NCBI GenBank assembly: GCA_015680685.1
Contig: MNCI01001300.1
Span: forward strand, 12,155 to 76,154
Reading direction: 5' to 3'
Length of the DNA: 64,000 nucleotides
Source of the DNA: Gnetum montanum
Taxonomy: Eukaryota; Plantae; Gnetophyta
Part shown: positions 13,266 to 25,032 of the stretch, in pieces
Layout of the letters: every line of letters starts with the position of its first letter
How positions within the stretch are numbered: position 1 is the first letter of the stretch
Notes under the pieces: generated by a model
Told to the model about the DNA's origin: nothing
What the model saw: only the letters and a program-made list of their open reading frames with translations
The model's database searches: none
Program-made: the position numbers and the translations under genes

Positions 13266-13739
13266 ATGACCCTTGGGCTTCTCAAAAGTTCTCAAAGCAT
13301 CTTCATTTGATTTGTAGACTTTGTTTTCATTTGTGCACTCATCTATTCCACTTAGTCTTCATTTTGACATCTCATCATGGATCTTGTTTCTAAAGTCTCA
13401 TTTCTTAGTTTGAAGTTCTTTGCTAATTAATTTTCTAATGCCCCTGCAAGATCATAATTATACACATACATTTCACATCTTCCATTTTTTCTAACATTTT
13501 TACAAATCAAAAGGTTAACAATATTATCCTTTTTGATGATGTCCAAAACTTACAAAAATGGATTAGTATGTTCCATAAAAACTAAAAACTGGGATAAATA
13601 ATTAATAGTTAATCTCCCCTTCTTTTTGGACATAAAAAAAGGACTAGAAAAATTCTCATAAATATATGCAAGAAATTTTTTTTTGTTTTTATATTTAAGG
13701 TAAAAACTACCTGATATATCAAGTCCTATCCCCATGTCT

Positions 13740-16700
13740 TTACAAAGACTAGTGAGTCATCATTCATCGAGAGGCTTAGTGAAAGCATCTACAAGTTGAT
13801 TTTCTATTCCAATGAATTGTAGCTTTACATGTCCAAGTTGAGTATGTTATCATATAAAATGGTGAAAATTTTGATGTGTTTAGTATGAGAATGTTGGATA
13901 GGATTCTTTGTCATGTTGATGGCATTGCTGTTGTCACAATAGATTGGTGTAGAATGGGGTTTAATCCTGAAATCCTTAAGAGTTTCTCTCATCCATAAAA
14001 TTTGTGCATAACGACTTCTATCTAAAATGTACTTGGCTTCAATTGTAGAGAGTGCGATTGATGCTTACTTTTCAGTTACCCAAGAGACAATTCTTTTTCC
14101 TAGGAAAGAGCAATTTCCAATAGTGCTTCAATGATCATCTAAATAACCTACACAATTTGCATCATAATACCCAACAAGATCAAGCAAGGAATCCTTTGGA
14201 TACTAAAGTTCCCAATTAGTAGTACCTTTTAGATAATGAAAAATACATTTAACAACCTCTAGATGAGATTCTTTGGAATTTGCTTTATATCTTGTACAAA
14301 GTCCTATACTTAATGCTATATCTGGCCTACTAGCAATTAAATAAAGTGGACTACCTATCATACCTTTATAGAGCTTGAGATCAATAGGCTTTCCTTAATC
14401 ATCTCTTGTGAGCTTAAAATTTGTTGCTGTAGAAGTATTTTTTGCCTTTACTTTTGCCAAGTTGAATTTGAGTAGTATACCTTTGATGTACTTAGTTTGA
14501 CAAATAAAAGTTCCATATTTTTTCTAATTAATTTGGAGTCCAAGAAAATTGTTAAGCTCTTCATCATGCTCATTTCAAACTCTAATTGCATGATATCTAA
14601 GAATTTCTTGAATAGAATGTCATTAGTAGCTCTAAAAATAATGATATCAACATAAATTTAAACAATAAGTAAATCATTACCTTTAAGTTTTAGAAATAAA
14701 GTAAAATCAACCCTACCTCTTTCGAAGCCATTGAATATAAGGTATTGTGAGAGTCTTCATACCAAGCTCTAGGTGCTTGTTTAAGCCCATAGAGAGCCTT
14801 CTTGAGTCTAAAAACATGATCAGGATTAATGGGATCTACAAATCCTTTCAGTTTTTCAACATATGCCCCTTCTTTAATGTTCCCATTTAGAAATGCACTC
14901 TTCCAATCCATTTCATATAGCTTGATGTTCTTAATGCTTGCATAGGCTAGAAGAAGTCTAATAGATTCATGTCTTGTAACAAGGGCAAAATTCTCATCAA
15001 AATCAATTCCTTCTTGCTAATTATATCTTGTCATAACTAGTCTTGCTTTATTTTTAATAATGTTGCATTTTCATCTATTCTATTTCTAAAAACTCATTTT
15101 GTGCCAATAATCGATTAATTGTTGGGTTTAAGTGTCAATTTCTATATATTATTCCTAGTTAATTAATTTAGTTCATCTTGCATAACTAAAATCTATACTT
15201 CTTCTCCTTTTGCTTCTTTCAAATTTTTGGATTCTAGTTGTGAGATATATGAAGCATAGGCACATATTTCCTTAGTTTGTCTCCTAGTACAAATCTCATC
15301 TTGTACTTGTCCAATGACATCATTAAGAGAGTACAATCTACTAAGTCTAGGCATTTTAGGTTGTAGTGGAGATATCTCCTCATGTTCACTATCTATTTCT
15401 GAATTTTTATTAATTTTAACCTAGGAGGTACTATACAAATTTTGAATAGGAACTACTTCATCATTAGGTTGTGGAGAAATACTGTCACTATCATCAATTT
15501 TAACGTTTATAATTTCTTCCACAACATTAGTTCTCTTGTTGAATACTCTATATGCCCTATTGATAAAAGAGTATCCTAAGATAATGCCTTCATTGATTTT
15601 AGGATCAAATTTTCTCAAGGCATCTTTATCATTAATAATATAACCTTTAGAACCAAAAACATGAAAATAACCAACCCAAGGTTTTCTACCAGTCTTCATA
15701 GGAAGTTTTAGTAGTAAATCTTCTTACTAGTACTCTATTGGAGACTTAACATGTAGTATTAACTACTTCAATCCAAAAATGGTAAGGAAGATTTTTGTCA
15801 TTTAATATAGTTCTCCCCATTTCTTTCAAGATCTTGTTCTTCCTTTTGGATATACCATTTTGCTAAGAAGTCCTTGTAGTAGAAAATTAATGAAGAATGT
15901 CATTCATTTAACACTATTGTTCAAATTTAGCATTCTTGAATTCACCTCAATTGTTACTTTTGATGACTTTGACACCATATCCTTTTTCTTTCTATATCTG
16001 ATTACAAATTCTTAGGAAATAATCAAATACTGCATCCTTATTATATAAGAAGGAAACCCAAGTAAAACAAGATTAGTCATAAAAAATGGTTAGAAAATAC
16101 CTTTTCTTTCTCAAAATGAGCATTTGAGAATGATCAACAAAATCCATGTGAAGTAAATCTATGGAACAAGATATAGAAATGCAATTTTTTTTACCAAATC
16201 TTACCCTTGTTTTCTTTCCTTTTTGGCATGCTTCATAAATCCTCAAATCATTTCCTTTGTCACCAAGGTCTAAAGAATTTCTTTGTTTATGTGACCTAAT
16301 TTTCTATGCCACATACGACCATAATCTATATTACTAATCAAGCACTTGGATTCAAAGTTAGGATTATCTTCAAATAAAATGGTATAAACATTTGCCTTTC
16401 TAGTTCCTTCTATAATAATGTTTCCAAAAGTCAAATCTTTTATTTTGCAAGTTTCAAAATTTGAATCACAAAGTTGACTGATAGTAAGAAGATTATGCTT
16501 TATCCCTTTAACAAAGAAACTTTATTTATTGTAGGCTAATCATTACATTTTCCTCTTATAGTACTAATACATGTTATAGGAGCTTCCATGTCATCTCCAA
16601 ATATGATAGTTCCATAGTTTTATTTTGAAAAGTGTATGAATTGGGATTTATCTCCCATCATATGTCTTGAATAACTGTAATCAATATATCATGTACTTGT

Positions 16701-18470
16701 TTTAATAGTAGAGAGAGCGATTTGAGCCATCATATTTTGTTCAGATTTCTTCTCCTTTTACTTTCAAACTTTCTTTTCCTAGAAGGCACCTTATCTAGGC
16801 TATTTTTAAAAAACAACCAAGTGTAATGTTTCATCCATAGATGGTAACAACCCTGAACATGTCTAGATTTTTCACAATAAAAGCAATTTAAGGTCCTAAA
16901 TCTTCATGTATTACCAAACCTGGAAGGATACCTTTTTAAATAACCTAAATAATCCTTGATGTACACATCCTTTTTCTCTTGGTCTACTTTGAGCTTTTCC
17001 TTGGAAACATTCATATTTGATGAGTCATGAATTTGATGATAGCTATGATAATGCACCCACGATATCGCACCCGCAATACTGCATCCGCGATATCACATCT
17101 GCGGAATCATAGCTAACATGATATCGCGCACGCGATATCACGGCCTGCCTCAATGTCTATAAATAAGAGGCAGCTTCCCCAGTTTTAGGCATCCAGTTTA
17201 GTTCTTTAGCGAAGCTCTGGCAGTTTTTCCCTTCCAGAGATAGAATAATTTGCCAGTGTCTACCTGCAGTGTGGTGATTGTAATTGTACAGAACCTTTAT
17301 TCAAGTGTGACATACTTGGACATGCACATGACCAGAAATAAGGATCGAGATTACTTCATCATTGCAGCATTCACTTAGTTTCATTATTTAATTGTTATTA
17401 TTATTACTACTTTCCTAGTTAATACTCTCTCACCCTTAAACTCACGTTAGAACATGGAATCAGTACGACTTGATTACAAGCATTTAAGTGTGACTACTTG
17501 GCAACCCAGTAGCGTACCTAGGATCTAAGCTTGGTAATCCTAGTGGTAGTCATGCATGAAGTCCAAGATGTGTACGGATAATCAAGGAACGGATGCTCAT
17601 CGTGCTTAGGCTAGATTAGATTCTCTCTTACCCTTTCCTTCTAGCTTAGTTAATATTACTCTCTTTCTATTGCCTTCAGGAGTAGCATTAGATTAAAAGC
17701 ACATCATACAACTCACCCTGGACTAAACCATACGTGAAAAATATAATGCTAGTCTAGGTGGAAAGATAGCAAACTGTGACCTAAGGATAACTGTCTAGGT
17801 GCCACAACTAGTCCATCTGCGGAGTACAACCGAATCGCATGTGTAATGCTCGTATTCGTATGGTTGAGTGTAGTGGTACCTCGCCGCTCATCAATATTAA
17901 TTTGCTCAATAACATTAGTTAGCCTTTTAATCTCAACCATTAGATCTAATTTTTCTTTCTTAAGACATGAACATTATAAATTAACAGTTGCAATCTTTGT
18001 CTCCCTGTTATGTAAGCTTCCCTTCATTTTAAATCATATATTTTGAAAGAAAATAACTTCATTACAAAGAAACTCATACCTTTCTTCTAAGGAGATTTCA
18101 TCTTCTTCATCTCCATGATGACATATGTGATCCTCAATAGATTCTTGATTTTTCAAGACAAGACATAAGTGATGAGTAGCTTTGGATGCATCCTTTGGAC
18201 TTCTTTTCCTATCTAAGTGGCTATAGATGTTGTTAGTCCTTGTTCATTTTCTTTAATTTTCTTCATGTAACCTAAAGTTACAATCTCTTTTGAAGGTCAT
18301 ATGGCCTCTTCCATTGCATATCCAACTAAATGTAGAAGAGGAAATATAATGTTTACCCTTACTTATGTAGAAGAGTAGTTGAATGTAGCTTTTTAAGATA
18401 AATTTGATGAAGCATATCATTCTAGTTCTCCAATAGAATCTGATAGTTGCTAGTGATATGATATTAGTTG
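13740..18470 (-). pseudogene. Copia gag-pol remnant of C
   Basis: Zn knuckle CFYCEKSRHVQGC (~16850-16887), PR 'YIDYSYSRHMMGD' (~16655-16695), 'WHRKLGH' (~16300), INT C-term ORF 15421-15699, RT 'MDWKSAFLNG...LKKALYGLKQAPRAWY' (14690-14911), RH 'KNPIQHSHTKHI' (~13880). Confidence 0.95.
17018..17893 (+). mobile_element. Solo LTR, TGATGAG...CTCATCA family, inserted in C gag
   Basis: Terminal inverted repeat tgatgag/ctcatca with perfect TSD ATATT (17013-17017, 17894-17898). CGATATCG-motif array followed by ctataaata near 17156. Confidence 0.93.
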
Positions 18471-18512
18471 CCCCTTCCATGTTCATGTTAAATTATCCAT
18501 GTGAGATTACCA

Positions 18513-18525
18513 AGCTCCAATACCA
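18513..18525 (-). promoter_or_regulatory. PBS of C (initiator tRNA-Met type)
   Basis: Minus strand tggtattggagct versus canonical TGGTATCAGAGC, 2 nt after the LTR end. Confidence 0.8.
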
Positions 18526-18527
18526 CT

Positions 18528-19626
18528 TGAGGATCAATAACCTAAAAGGAGGGTTGAATAAGTTCCCCAATTTAAAATGCTATAACCACCAAAACACACA
18601 CAAATTTTACATGATTTCCCAACTTGGGTACACTCACACTCAAAGTTTAAAATCTATGCACATCTCCTGACTTTGTTTATTCAAAAAGTAGTTTTAGGGA
18701 ATCACCCCCTATACAAGCTTTGAGCTCTACTCCAAAGTGTTTTGTCATCACAGAACCACTCAATCTCACAAGGTCCTAACAAGCTCAAAATGTGATCTAG
18801 AGGAGCCCACAACCTCTACAAAATCGAGCTCCACACCAGAGTGTTTTGTCATTATAAAACCACTCAAACTCGTAGGATCTCAACAAGCTCAAAAAAGATG
18901 TCTTCTTGTAAGAAGTACATCAACCTCGCAAGGAAAGAACAAAGAAAGAAAAAGGAATAAGAAAAGAGCGTAACTTGATTTACAAATTCTTGCACTTGAA
19001 GCATAATACAATCAATACAAGCAAATGATGATACAATGAAAAGATAATACAAATTTCTTAGAGTAGCCAAGATGAATCTTTCAATGAAGAGTGCTTGCAA
19101 AATTCCCAAGAATTTCACTTTACTTATAGCCTCAAAGTTTCCAAAAAATCCTCAAAACTCCTACAACAACTATCAAATGGCTACTGTAGACATCTTCTTC
19201 AAAATTTAAACGTCTATCTAAGAATGCCCTCAATGTAAGAGAGACATCTACATAGGTGAGTAAACAACTAGTGTGACACATCTTCCTAAAGACGTCTACT
19301 ATGTAAGATAGATGTCTACTATTTCTAAGAGACATACTTTCTAGATACACTTTGAGATATGAAGCATTTTTATGACTCTTGGGCTTCATGATAGTCCTCA
19401 GAACGTCTTCATTTGATCTATAGACTTTGTTTCCATCCATGCTCTCATCTAGTCTACTTAGTCTTCATTTTGACACATGATCATGGATCTCATTTCTGAA
19501 GTCTCATTTCTTAGTTTGAAGTTCTTTGATGATTAATTTTCTAATGCCCCTACAAGATCATAATCACACACATACATTCCACATTCTCCATTTTCTCTAA
19601 GGTTTTCACATACCAAAAGGTCAACA
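18528..19626 (-). repeat. 5' LTR of C
   Basis: Direct repeat of 11237-13520 and of the solo LTR at 55964-56973. Confidence 0.92.
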
Positions 19627-21789
19627 CAACTGCTAATCAACCAGCACATAAGAAGGTGTCCATCAAGTTTGGCAAGATGCATCAATCTATTACAAGTATG
19701 TATGTATGCATTACATTTTTTTTATTTTTTTATTTTTTTATTTATATGGTTGTTAATGAAAATATTTACTAACTAGTTCTATGTTTTTGCCTTTTCCATC
19801 ATTGTAGGAAGACAAGAAGGATTCGCAGCCTAAGCCTCTACGGAAGCATAGCAAAAACGCTAAGAAGAAAAGGAGCAAAGATGATAAGAGAAGGAAGAAA
19901 GAGTATCCAATGAAGCATTGGATGTCATGGATGCTATATTTGAGGACTCACCTCTAGGAGAAAAATCTCCTATGAATACTCATAGAGAAAAAAAAAAGAA
20001 AAATCTTGTTTTTTTTTTTTTTTTTGCAAACTATGTTGATGGTTATACTTTTTGTAGTACCTAAGCCTCTTCTGGAAACATCTATATCTACATTCTGCAT
20101 GAACCCTTCAACTAAGGTTCTAGGTAAGGCAAAATTCATGATGGAAGATTTGGTTGATCAATTACAATAGATAGGCCCCAATGTTGGTAAGATGAGTTTG
20201 CAAATTTTGTGTTGCATTTTTTATTTTAAATTTTTAGGTTTTATATTTTTTTTTTTTATGTATACATGATTTTAGAAGTTAAAATATTTTATTTTATTTT
20301 TGTTATGTCTTGGTTATTACATTGTCCAAGGTTAGATGGGATCTTATGCATGATGTTGAGCTCAATGAGATCCCTACACTATCACTAGAAGTGGAGAATG
20401 TTTCATGGAGGTTATATGAGGGAGTTACTTAGTGTGCTATCTTGTGTGCCAAAACATCTTGGAAGTGCCAACATAACAATGAATTCCTATGGAAGAAGGT
20501 TGTGGCCTTGGAAAAGCATGTTAAACAGTTGTCAAATGAGAACAAGAGCCTTAGGGATCATAAAGAGTTTATAGAGGCCCATGTGGCTAATAGAGGTTCC
20601 TTGCATACTAAGAAAATTGAGTGGCCATGCTACCGGAGTGCAAACCAGAGCAAGGTTACTCTAGCTAGAAGCAATGTGGAAAAGGACATGAAAATGGATC
20701 TACTAGTTTATAAGACTAGAGACTAGAGGGATTATTGTGTTTGGGTACTTGAGTGGGGTAGGAAACAAAAGGACCACAAGTGGTGGCACAAAGGAAATAA
20801 GGAAATTTACCTAAAATGGCTAAGACTGCTACTCTCTCCTAAGAGCCTCTTGAGTGGATAGACATAAAGAGGAGAAAGATCCTAGCAAAGGTAGATCTGG
20901 AAGATATTAACAAGGCAAACATGAGTGAAGAGAAAATTCTTCATAGGCTAGAGACTAGTCTTCATAACTTTTCCCTAGAAGATATTACTCCAAAATCTCT
21001 AGAGATTTATTTTGAAGTTTTAAAGTTTTTATGTTATATTTTATGTTTACTATTTTTAGTTTACATGGTTTTAGAGTTATGTCCTAGCTATGATGGTAAT
21101 GATGTTGGCGATGATGTAGGCAATGATCCTTCTCCTCCTCCAACTTACTTTTGGCTATTGTTAGTCATGCTACATTTTTGTTGTCTTGGTTATAGCATTG
21201 TAATTATTTATTTTTGGATATCATAGCCTTTAGAGACTATGTACCATTTTTGTTATTGATTGTTACATAGTGCAACCATGGCTATGGGCCATTATTGGTA
21301 CTATTTTCTCATTATCGTTATTTTTTCACACAATGTGACTATAGCTATTCATATGGACATTTTGGTTATAAAAATATTTCAAATATTTTTAGTTTATTAA
21401 GTTTATATTTTCTTTCATGAAAGTTCTATGCATTAGAACAATAAGGTTATAAAAGAGAGTTTTGTAGTAAGACGGTAAAGGTGTAAGGTAAAGCATAACA
21501 TGTTATAAGTGACATAAGAAAAGGGAAACTATGACGTTACCATTTTTAGGCCTAGTAGGCCATTAGTTTAAGGCCTTGGTAGGTCATTTTTTTGGTTTTA
21601 CATTTTAAAAAATTTTATGCATTTTTATGGTTTTTTATTTTTTATGACATTTTGTAATTTTAAGGAAAAAAAATGGGAAAAAGCATAAACCGTATATGTG
21701 GCAAAGTAGTAAATAAGACATAATGAGACTAGAAAATTTGTAAAGAAATGCAAATCAAAGTTGAAAACTAGACTATAAAGTAAAAGGTT

Positions 21790-22025
21790 GTATGTCATAG
21801 TACATTGTTGAATGATTAGAAGGTGTGCTCCATCATGCAATTGTTTCCAAATCTTCAAAAGATTAGGGAATGTGTAAGGCCTTTGTTGCATACTCTCATA
21901 CTCCTCGTTCTCCTCGCTAATAACATTGAATAGAAGCTCTCCCCATGGTTCATTCACAACCTGATTATTTTTGGTCTTCACTTGATTTACATTGATATGC
22001 CTCTTAACTTCATCTTTGATAGTAG
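21790..22025 (-). pseudogene. C-terminal tail of A gag-PR (continuation of 34710 after removing B)
   Basis: The joined sequence reads QESEVEFQKETST|IKDEVKRHINVNQVKTKNNQVVNEPWGE in one open frame, which is the frame of ORF 21625-21981. Confidence 0.85.
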
Positions 22026-24913
22026 TGTTGTCACATTATACCATTCTATGGAGCCGCAATTCAAGAGAATAAAGATAAATAAAGTGTTATTTGTGCATAA
22101 AGTTATATTTGTAAGATGTGATAAAGTCAAATATAAGTGAATAATGCCTACATCATGAATACTTAACTATGATACTGATAAAACCAAAGTAAAAAAGAGC
22201 ATTGAGGAAGAAATGGTTGACACTGGTGTGATGATAGAAATCTAAGAATACTTCCTCCTAATGAAGAAAAATAATTTATATGGTAAAATGCATATAATTT
22301 ATGGGTGTATTGTTTCAAAGGTTAATAGTGAAATTAGCGACTTGTAGCATTTACATCCTTGCAATTTGAGTAACTGAAAGTTTTGAGATTAACTAGGGCA
22401 TACACTAATATAGTTTTTGTTTGTTTTTAATTCAATAATTAAACCAGGACATTGCTAAAAGTATTGTTCGTGCCAATAAGCAAAATAATGTATAGTAGAG
22501 ATGAGATAAAGATTAACCACATAGATTACAACATTAAAATCTCTAGAAGAAATAGAGGAGAAGTTTCAAAAATGTCCATTAGTATTTTCATACAAGATTA
22601 AATGAATTGAGTTAAAAATTAAATTCTTTTAGAAATAAATTCTCATAAAAAATAGGCAACCCTACAGTGCATTCAAAATTCCTAGTAATATTATGTCAAC
22701 AAATAATAAAACCTTGATGGCATTATGTCAAAAAATAATAAAACCTTGATGGCATCATCATGGAGGTGGTGCCTCACAAGCACATCTCATTCAACACACA
22801 ATGGCGTAGAGAACGTCTTAAGTGGCAAACGCAACACCACGATCCATCGAAATAATGGCCATCTCTGATGCCATGGTTACCACACCAGCCATTGGCATCC
22901 TTCTTCTCCCACACAGCACATGCAACATTAGAGAAAGAAATTCTCACAAAACGACAAGGCCTAAGCCATGGTTTTTTCCTTTGATTCTACGACGACTATA
23001 ACCAAAACAATGACTAAGTCAAGTCTAGAGACATTCATCAAAAATGATGAGCAACAAAGGGTACACGCATGTAGACTGGGCAATCGGTGGCAAGATGTGT
23101 GCAAACAGCAAGTGCAACAAGTCTATGAATGGCCACATGTGGCAATTTGATAAAATAGTGGCTCTATCAATGACACCAAAATGGAAACTACATGACCTTG
23201 CCATCACCACTCTTTCTTATGACAACAAAAGAAGACTTCATGGCATCTAGCAATAGTAGTGATAAGCCAAAACTAAAGATACAACAGGATGTGGTGTGAG
23301 TTGGAAAGGATTCTAATAATATTCATAGGAATACATCAGCAGTTTGGATTTTAAAAATATATGTACCATCCAATTTTTGGTATATAACATGGCTACAACA
23401 TCCTTAATTTTGATAAAATTATTAAACTTGTTATTTTACTTTAACATTCACTTTTTAAAAGGGGATATTTTAAAGAGGTTTATGGGACATTTGTATAATA
23501 TACTATAGAAAAAGGACATTTGGCTATATTCCTATGGATGTTGTAACTTCCTATGTTACTTACAATTAAAAACTCCATGATATTTTAGCTTTCCATTATT
23601 AAGAAGACACTTGCTAACCATGGCATATATTTCTCAAATTTATCATAACTTCTATGGAACATATAACTTCCTAGGGTGGTTATCAATTAATCCCTTAGAT
23701 GTTTGTAACCCACCTCAATCTCTCATGATAATTGTAACTACCTTGAAGCTATTATAAATAGAGCTTCAAGGTCAAAATGCAAAAGAGACGAGAGAAAAAA
23801 CCAGAAAGATTTGAAAAAAGACATTTGAAGATTACTTATAAGATGGCTTGCTAAAGACATCAATTCAACCACTTTATTTCAATCCTATGAGTTCATTTCT
23901 TCTTGTTTTGTTTTAGTTACTTAGCTAATGGTCGAGGTAGTATCATGCTTGACATTTAACCTTGGGATTTATCCTAGATTGCTTTTATAGCTTTGTTTTT
24001 GTGCAATATTATACTTCCATTAGATTAGCCATAGAAGAGCTTATGTTGTTGAAAGCCTGGAAAGAAATTTAATAAAAATGTCTTAACAAAATTGCCTATT
24101 TTAAGCATAGAGAATCTAGGAAAATCTTTGGTATTTTGATGAAACTAGAATAGCTTCTTTATCTTTAAAGTGTATTGCCTTGGTATTTCAATCAAGAAAT
24201 TATCAAATTTTTTGAAACTTTGTTGAATGCAATTACTATGACAACTATTAACTAGCCAAAATAGAGACTCATCCTTTGTAGTTTATGTAGCAATTTTTTG
24301 TAGTATAATAAGATTGTCTTTTTTGAAATTGCTTATTGAGCTTAGAATGTTTTGACAATTCATAGTTATTGAATTAGGAATAGCTTTATTATGAAGTGTT
24401 TCCACATGTTAATTTATCTTGCTTAAATATTTGAGATTTCACCTAATTTTTCTTTCTTTTGTTTTTCTCTCTAAGTCCATTTAATCTTGCTTTATTTCTA
24501 GTTTCCTTGTGAAACTTTCTTTTTGGCGGAAATTAGGAGTAGATTGGTAGAATTTTGATCAAATTTGTTTGTAAAATTTTATTTGTTACAAGTAGGTATT
24601 ACAGGAACCATATACACTAAGTGATTGAACAAAATAGGAATCTTCAACAAATCATAGTATTTGACAAAGTTAGTTGAATCTTTTTTATAATAGTCAATTA
24701 CAATTTTATACACAACCCAACCATTTCAATATTCACAACAACAAACACATACTCATAACTACTAAGTCTATTTGAAGGTATCTGGGCCTTGGTGTTGCCA
24801 AAGACTAGCAAGCACCTAAACCCTCTTTGAAGAACACCTTTGATCCCATGACCCGGAAGGTCATGAGACCATGAGGCACACTAAATGTTGGTGGTTCCAA
24901 ATGATCACCAACA
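22026..24913 (+). repeat. 5' LTR of B
   Basis: Direct repeat of ~31816-34709. TATA ctattataaata near 23749. Private 32-bp duplication at ~22691-22754. Confidence 0.95.
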
Positions 24914-24920
24914 ATTCTTT

Positions 24921-24937
24921 TGGTGCTAGAAGGAGGG
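24921..24937 (+). promoter_or_regulatory. PBS of B, complementary to plant tRNA-Asn 3' end
   Basis: tggtgctagaaggaggg equals TGGCGCTAGAAGGAGGG with one CpG transition. The tRNA-Asn(GUU) 3' end is recalled from memory, not searched. Confidence 0.75.
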
Positions 24938-25032
24938 ATGAAAATTTGTCCTCTAAGTTCATAAACCTAATAGTCCTAGCACACCAATAATTATTTTTTT
25001 CTAGAAGGGTTTAAGAAATTCGGTATTATTTT

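Larger units (their letters stand above)
11237..13520 (-). repeat. 3' LTR of C, interrupted by a solo LTR at 12090-13265
   Basis: Aligns with 18528-19626, and the alignment resumes exactly across the insertion (gcatttttatgac|ccttgggcttc). Confidence 0.92.
11237..19626 (-). mobile_element. Element C: Ty1/Copia LTR retrotransposon, SIRE-like, no env-like ORF
   Basis: Homologous LTRs at 18528-19626 and 11237-13520 with TG..CA ends. Imperfect TSD aaact/caact. PBS tggtattggagc (iMet-like). Repeated PPT-like boxes at 13521-13635. Order gag-PR-INT-RT-RH. Confidence 0.93.
10260..21010 (+). pseudogene. Multi-exon accessory gene remnant, antisense to A: PMD/plant-transposon-protein-like N-terminal domain plus coiled coil; split by Copia element C
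   Basis: 10320-10930 reads 'GFLDLFMLP...INFFDKG...LSINESTFDNIFGIPSNG...GTKFN*ATFLVSGLRDEI'. The frame is open across the C excision point (KRSLIEKT|ANQPAHKKV). A GT-AG intron at 19696-19807 preserves phase (A|GA). Further exons at ~20058-20186 and ~20331-21010 include ORFs 20442-20726 and 20921+ in one frame. Confidence 0.65.

Noticed and set aside
12195-13269. Three 325-339 aa ORFs
   Set aside because: Artefacts of translating through the N gap.
19985-20030. A-tract/T-tract hairpin resembling a terminator
   Set aside because: Low-complexity intron sequence in a eukaryotic context.
8570-21400. CACTA or MULE DNA transposon as the source of the spliced plus-strand gene and inverted motifs
   Set aside because: I found no CACTA..TAGTG termini, long TIRs, TSD or DDE transposase motifs by eye. 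This is not fully excluded and is kept as the refuting alternative.
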